Shown: positions 61,701-64,000 of the stretch, in pieces | How the letters are laid out: every line of letters starts with the position of its first letter | Position numbering within the stretch: the first letter of the stretch is position 1 | Assembly: GCF_058153355.1 (NCBI RefSeq) | Contig: NZ_CM177019.1 | Reading direction: 5' to 3' (one strand) | Length of the DNA stretch: 64,000 nt | The notes under the pieces: model-generated | The model's input: the letters and a program-made list of their open reading frames with translations, nothing else | Told to the model about the DNA's origin: nothing | The model's database searches: none | Made by a program: the position numbers and the translations under genes

Positions 61701-62205
61701 ATGAAATCAGTGGTGAATGATACTGATGGTATCGTACGCGTTGCCCAACGAGTCATTCCTGAAATTAAACATCAGGATGAGGTGCGGGTAAAAATTGCCA
61801 GCTCGGGATTATGTGGTTCCGATTTACCCAGAATTTTTAAAAATGGTGCACATTATTATCCAATAACGTTAGGCCATGAATTTAGCGGCTATATTGATGC
61901 TGTGGGATCCGGTGTTGATGATTTACATCCTGGCGATGCGGTTGCCTGTGTGCCGTTATTACCCTGTTTTACTTGTCCAGAGTGTCTGAAAGGGTTTTAT
62001 TCCCAGTGCGCAAAATATGATTTTATTGGCTCACGGCGTGATGGTGGGTTTGCCGAATATATTGTCGTTAAGCGGAAAAATGTCTTTGCTCTACCTGCGC
62101 ATATGCCTATTGAGGATGGGGCTTTTATTGAACCGATTACCGTTGGCCTGCATGCTTTCCATTTAGCGCAAGGTTGTGAGAATAAAAACGTTATTATTAT
62201 TGGTG
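61701..62205 (+). pseudogene. gatD: Galactitol-1-phosphate dehydrogenase, 5' fragment, truncated by IS4
   Basis: Zn-dependent alcohol dehydrogenase N-terminus (…GLCGSDLPR…HEFSGY…) ending …ENKNVIIIG at the IS junction. Confidence 0.85.
62193..62205. repeat. Target-site duplication, left copy (ATTATTATTGGTG)
   Basis: Identical 13-bp sequence recurs at 63632-63644, immediately flanking the IS. Confidence 0.8.
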
Positions 62206-63631
62206 TAATGCCAGTCAGTTAAGCAACTGACTGGCTCTTTTTCGGGGCTGTGGGGTATTTCCAGGGCCTCTCCTTTACCACTCTCGGGAAGGCCCTTTCC
62301 CTTCTTGTCGGTAATTTCACAAGTTGTCCCATACTTGCAAGATCGCGCATCAGCTCCGGTATACGTCCCGGTGAAGCGCCCTGCAATGTCATCAGCATTC
62401 TCATCACCATTCCGCATGATTCTGAGAAACTCAGTTGATTCGGCCAGTAACCTTTCAGATGTTCCGCCATTTTAATCATCTGATATCTCACCAGATTATA
62501 AGCCAGTAAGACACCCCACAGCTCTTGCTCCACAAGCTCCGGCTTTTTACTTCTCAGCGTCAGCCTGCTCAGTTGCATCGTCTGTTTTATCTCCCTGTAT
62601 CCCAGTTCGATTTCCCAGCGATGACTGTACAGATCCGCCATTTCTCCTCCGGGGAAGCGCATGGCGTCCGTCATCGACGTCAGCAGATGGCAGACTTTTC
62701 CTTTGCGCGTCACGGTCAGCAGGCGGGCTGTCACTTCATTTCCCAGTCCCGGCCACTTTTTTCGTGCCTGCGGGCTGGTTTTCAGCTTCACCAGATGATC
62801 GCCTTTACCCAGTTTTCTGATCTCTTCATATTGCGCTCCCTTTCTGAGAGGTATCATCCAGTGGCGGTGTTCTCCCGCCAGGCTCCAGGCATTTAACAGT
62901 CCCAGTGAGTAATAACCTTTATCCATTAACGTCAGAGTGTTATCGCCGGTTTGTTCTATAAGTTGCTCAGCAAGCTCATTTTCGCTGTTCTTCATCGTGC
63001 CGAAGGCTGCAGCCGTCAGCAGATGGCTGGTCAGTTCCATCTGGCAGACCATTTTGACCTGCGGGTAGAGCGCCGGGTTCCCGGCATGTGTCTGGCGGGG
63101 GAAGGCTGCATCGTTCTCTGGTGTATCCGGTGTGCGCCAGAACACACCATCGATGGCCAGCAGGGTCAGGCCGCACCAGTGCGGATGCGGCGTGGCGTTA
63201 TGCCAGAGCTGCGCTGTTTTCGTGAACACGCGGCGGACAGCCTCACTTCCCAGGCGCTGGCGGGCCTGAATAACGGCACTGGGGGCAACGAAGGGGCGAT
63301 TGCCCGGCAGCATGATGTCCAGGCGATTCACAATCTGGTGAAGAGGTTCTTTACGCTCAAGCGCCATGCCAACAATACACCAGACCATCATTTCGAGGGG
63401 AAGACGGCGCTTGCGTAGCGTTACAGTACCTGATTCGGCAAGGCAACGAGAGATGAGTTCGGGGTCGAGGTAATCCCCCAGAGAAGTCAGTGGGTTACGC
63501 AGAGAATCGTAACGGGATACCAGATCAAGAGCCTGTCCAATGTGCATAAAAAAATCCGGAAACAAGTGAGCGTTTCCGGATTCTTACACAGCCACTGGAT
63601 CGGTCAACTGATCCTTAACTGATCGGCATTA
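62206..63631 (-). mobile_element. IS4 insertion sequence (1426 bp)
   Basis: 18-bp imperfect terminal inverted repeats (taatgccagtcagttaag versus reverse complement taatgccgatcagttaag, 16/18), a single transposase ORF, 13-bp direct target duplication. Confidence 0.85.
62219..63547 (-). CDS. insG: IS4 DDE transposase
   Basis: 442-aa ORF from [15 protein letters not shown]…, recognised as the IS4 transposase. Confidence 0.85.
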   Translation of the reverse strand: MHIGQALDLVSRYDSLRNPLTSLGDYLDPELISRCLAESGTVTLRKRRLPLEMMVWCIVGMALERKEPLHQIVNRLDIMLPGNRPFVAPSAVIQARQRLGSEAVRRVFTKTAQLWHNATPHPHWCGLTLLAIDGVFWRTPDTPENDAAFPRQTHAGNPALYPQVKMVCQMELTSHLLTAAAFGTMKNSENELAEQLIEQTGDNTLTLMDKGYYSLGLLNAWSLAGEHRHWMIPLRKGAQYEEIRKLGKGDHLVKLKTSPQARKKWPGLGNEVTARLLTVTRKGKVCHLLTSMTDAMRFPGGEMADLYSHRWEIELGYREIKQTMQLSRLTLRSKKPELVEQELWGVLLAYNLVRYQMIKMAEHLKGYWPNQLSFSESCGMVMRMLMTLQGASPGRIPELMRDLASMGQLVKLPTRRERAFPRVVKERPWKYPTAPKKSQSVA

Positions 63632-63644
63632 ATTATTATTGGTG
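63632..63644. repeat. Target-site duplication, right copy (ATTATTATTGGTG)
   Basis: Exact repeat of 62193-62205. Confidence 0.8.
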
Positions 63645-64000
63645 CCGGAACCATTGGCCTGCTGGCCATTCAGTGCGCTGTCGCGCTGGGAGCAAAGAGT
63701 GTGACGGCTATCGACATTAGCTCAGAAAAACTGGCACTGGCAAAATCTTTCGGTGCGATGCAAACATTTAACAGCCTTGAAATGAGCGCGCCGCAAATGC
63801 AGCCCGTTTTACGCGAGCTGCGCTTTAATCAGCTTATCCTCGAGACGGCTGGCGTCCCGCAAACCGTCGAACTGGCGGTAGAGATTGCCGGGCCTCATGC
63901 CCAGCTGGCGCTGGTGGGCACGTTGCATCAGGATCTGCATTTAACATCGACAACGTTTGGCAAAATATTACGTAAAGAGCTGACGGTTATCGGCAGTTGG
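63632..64000 (+). pseudogene. gatD: Galactitol-1-phosphate dehydrogenase, 3' fragment (continues beyond the window)
   Basis: Reading frame resumes …IIIGAGTIGLLAIQCAVALGAKSVTAIDISSEKLALAKSFGA… (Rossmann GxGxxG). Confidence 0.85.

Overview
This window reads as an Escherichia coli chromosomal segment from the yoh/yeh/yeg region, running from a partial mdtQ at the left to an IS4-disrupted gat operon at the right. All gene identities are recognised from the translated ORFs by memory, not by database search. Most of the window is ordinary housekeeping and accessory content: yohF, yohD, yohC, pbpG, dld, bglX, the osmF-yehYXW osmoprotectant ABC transporter, mlrA, the btsSR (yehUT) two-component system, metG, apbC/mrp, the cryptic yehE/yehDCBA chaperone-usher fimbrial operon, rcnB-rcnA-rcnR, thiMD with its TPP riboswitch, yegX, yegW, yegTUV, fbaB and gatYZABCD. 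The part most worth attention is a roughly 19 kb minus-strand block (17181..35889). It holds three tandem paralogs of very large WGR/DUF4132-type proteins (two MolR-like ORFs plus yehI), then yehK, then a tightly coupled four-gene operon yehLMPQ (MoxR-type AAA+ ATPase, a 759-aa unknown protein, a vWA/MIDAS protein and a double-SWIM zinc-finger protein). I propose this as a candidate uncharacterised NTP-dependent nucleic-acid-sensing or conflict system; that is a hypothesis from domain content and gene arrangement only. Embedded in it, between yehK and yehL, is a compact type I toxin-antitoxin-like module: a 29-aa hydrophobic peptide resembling ZorO/DinQ/TisB, with a divergent antisense sRNA sharing a palindromic -35. 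Other notable points are a low-GC islet between rcnR and thiM carrying small secreted proteins and a gene remnant, and a doubly inactivated gat operon (in-frame amber codon in gatC; IS4 with a 13-bp target duplication in gatD). No rRNA, tRNA or CRISPR array was seen.
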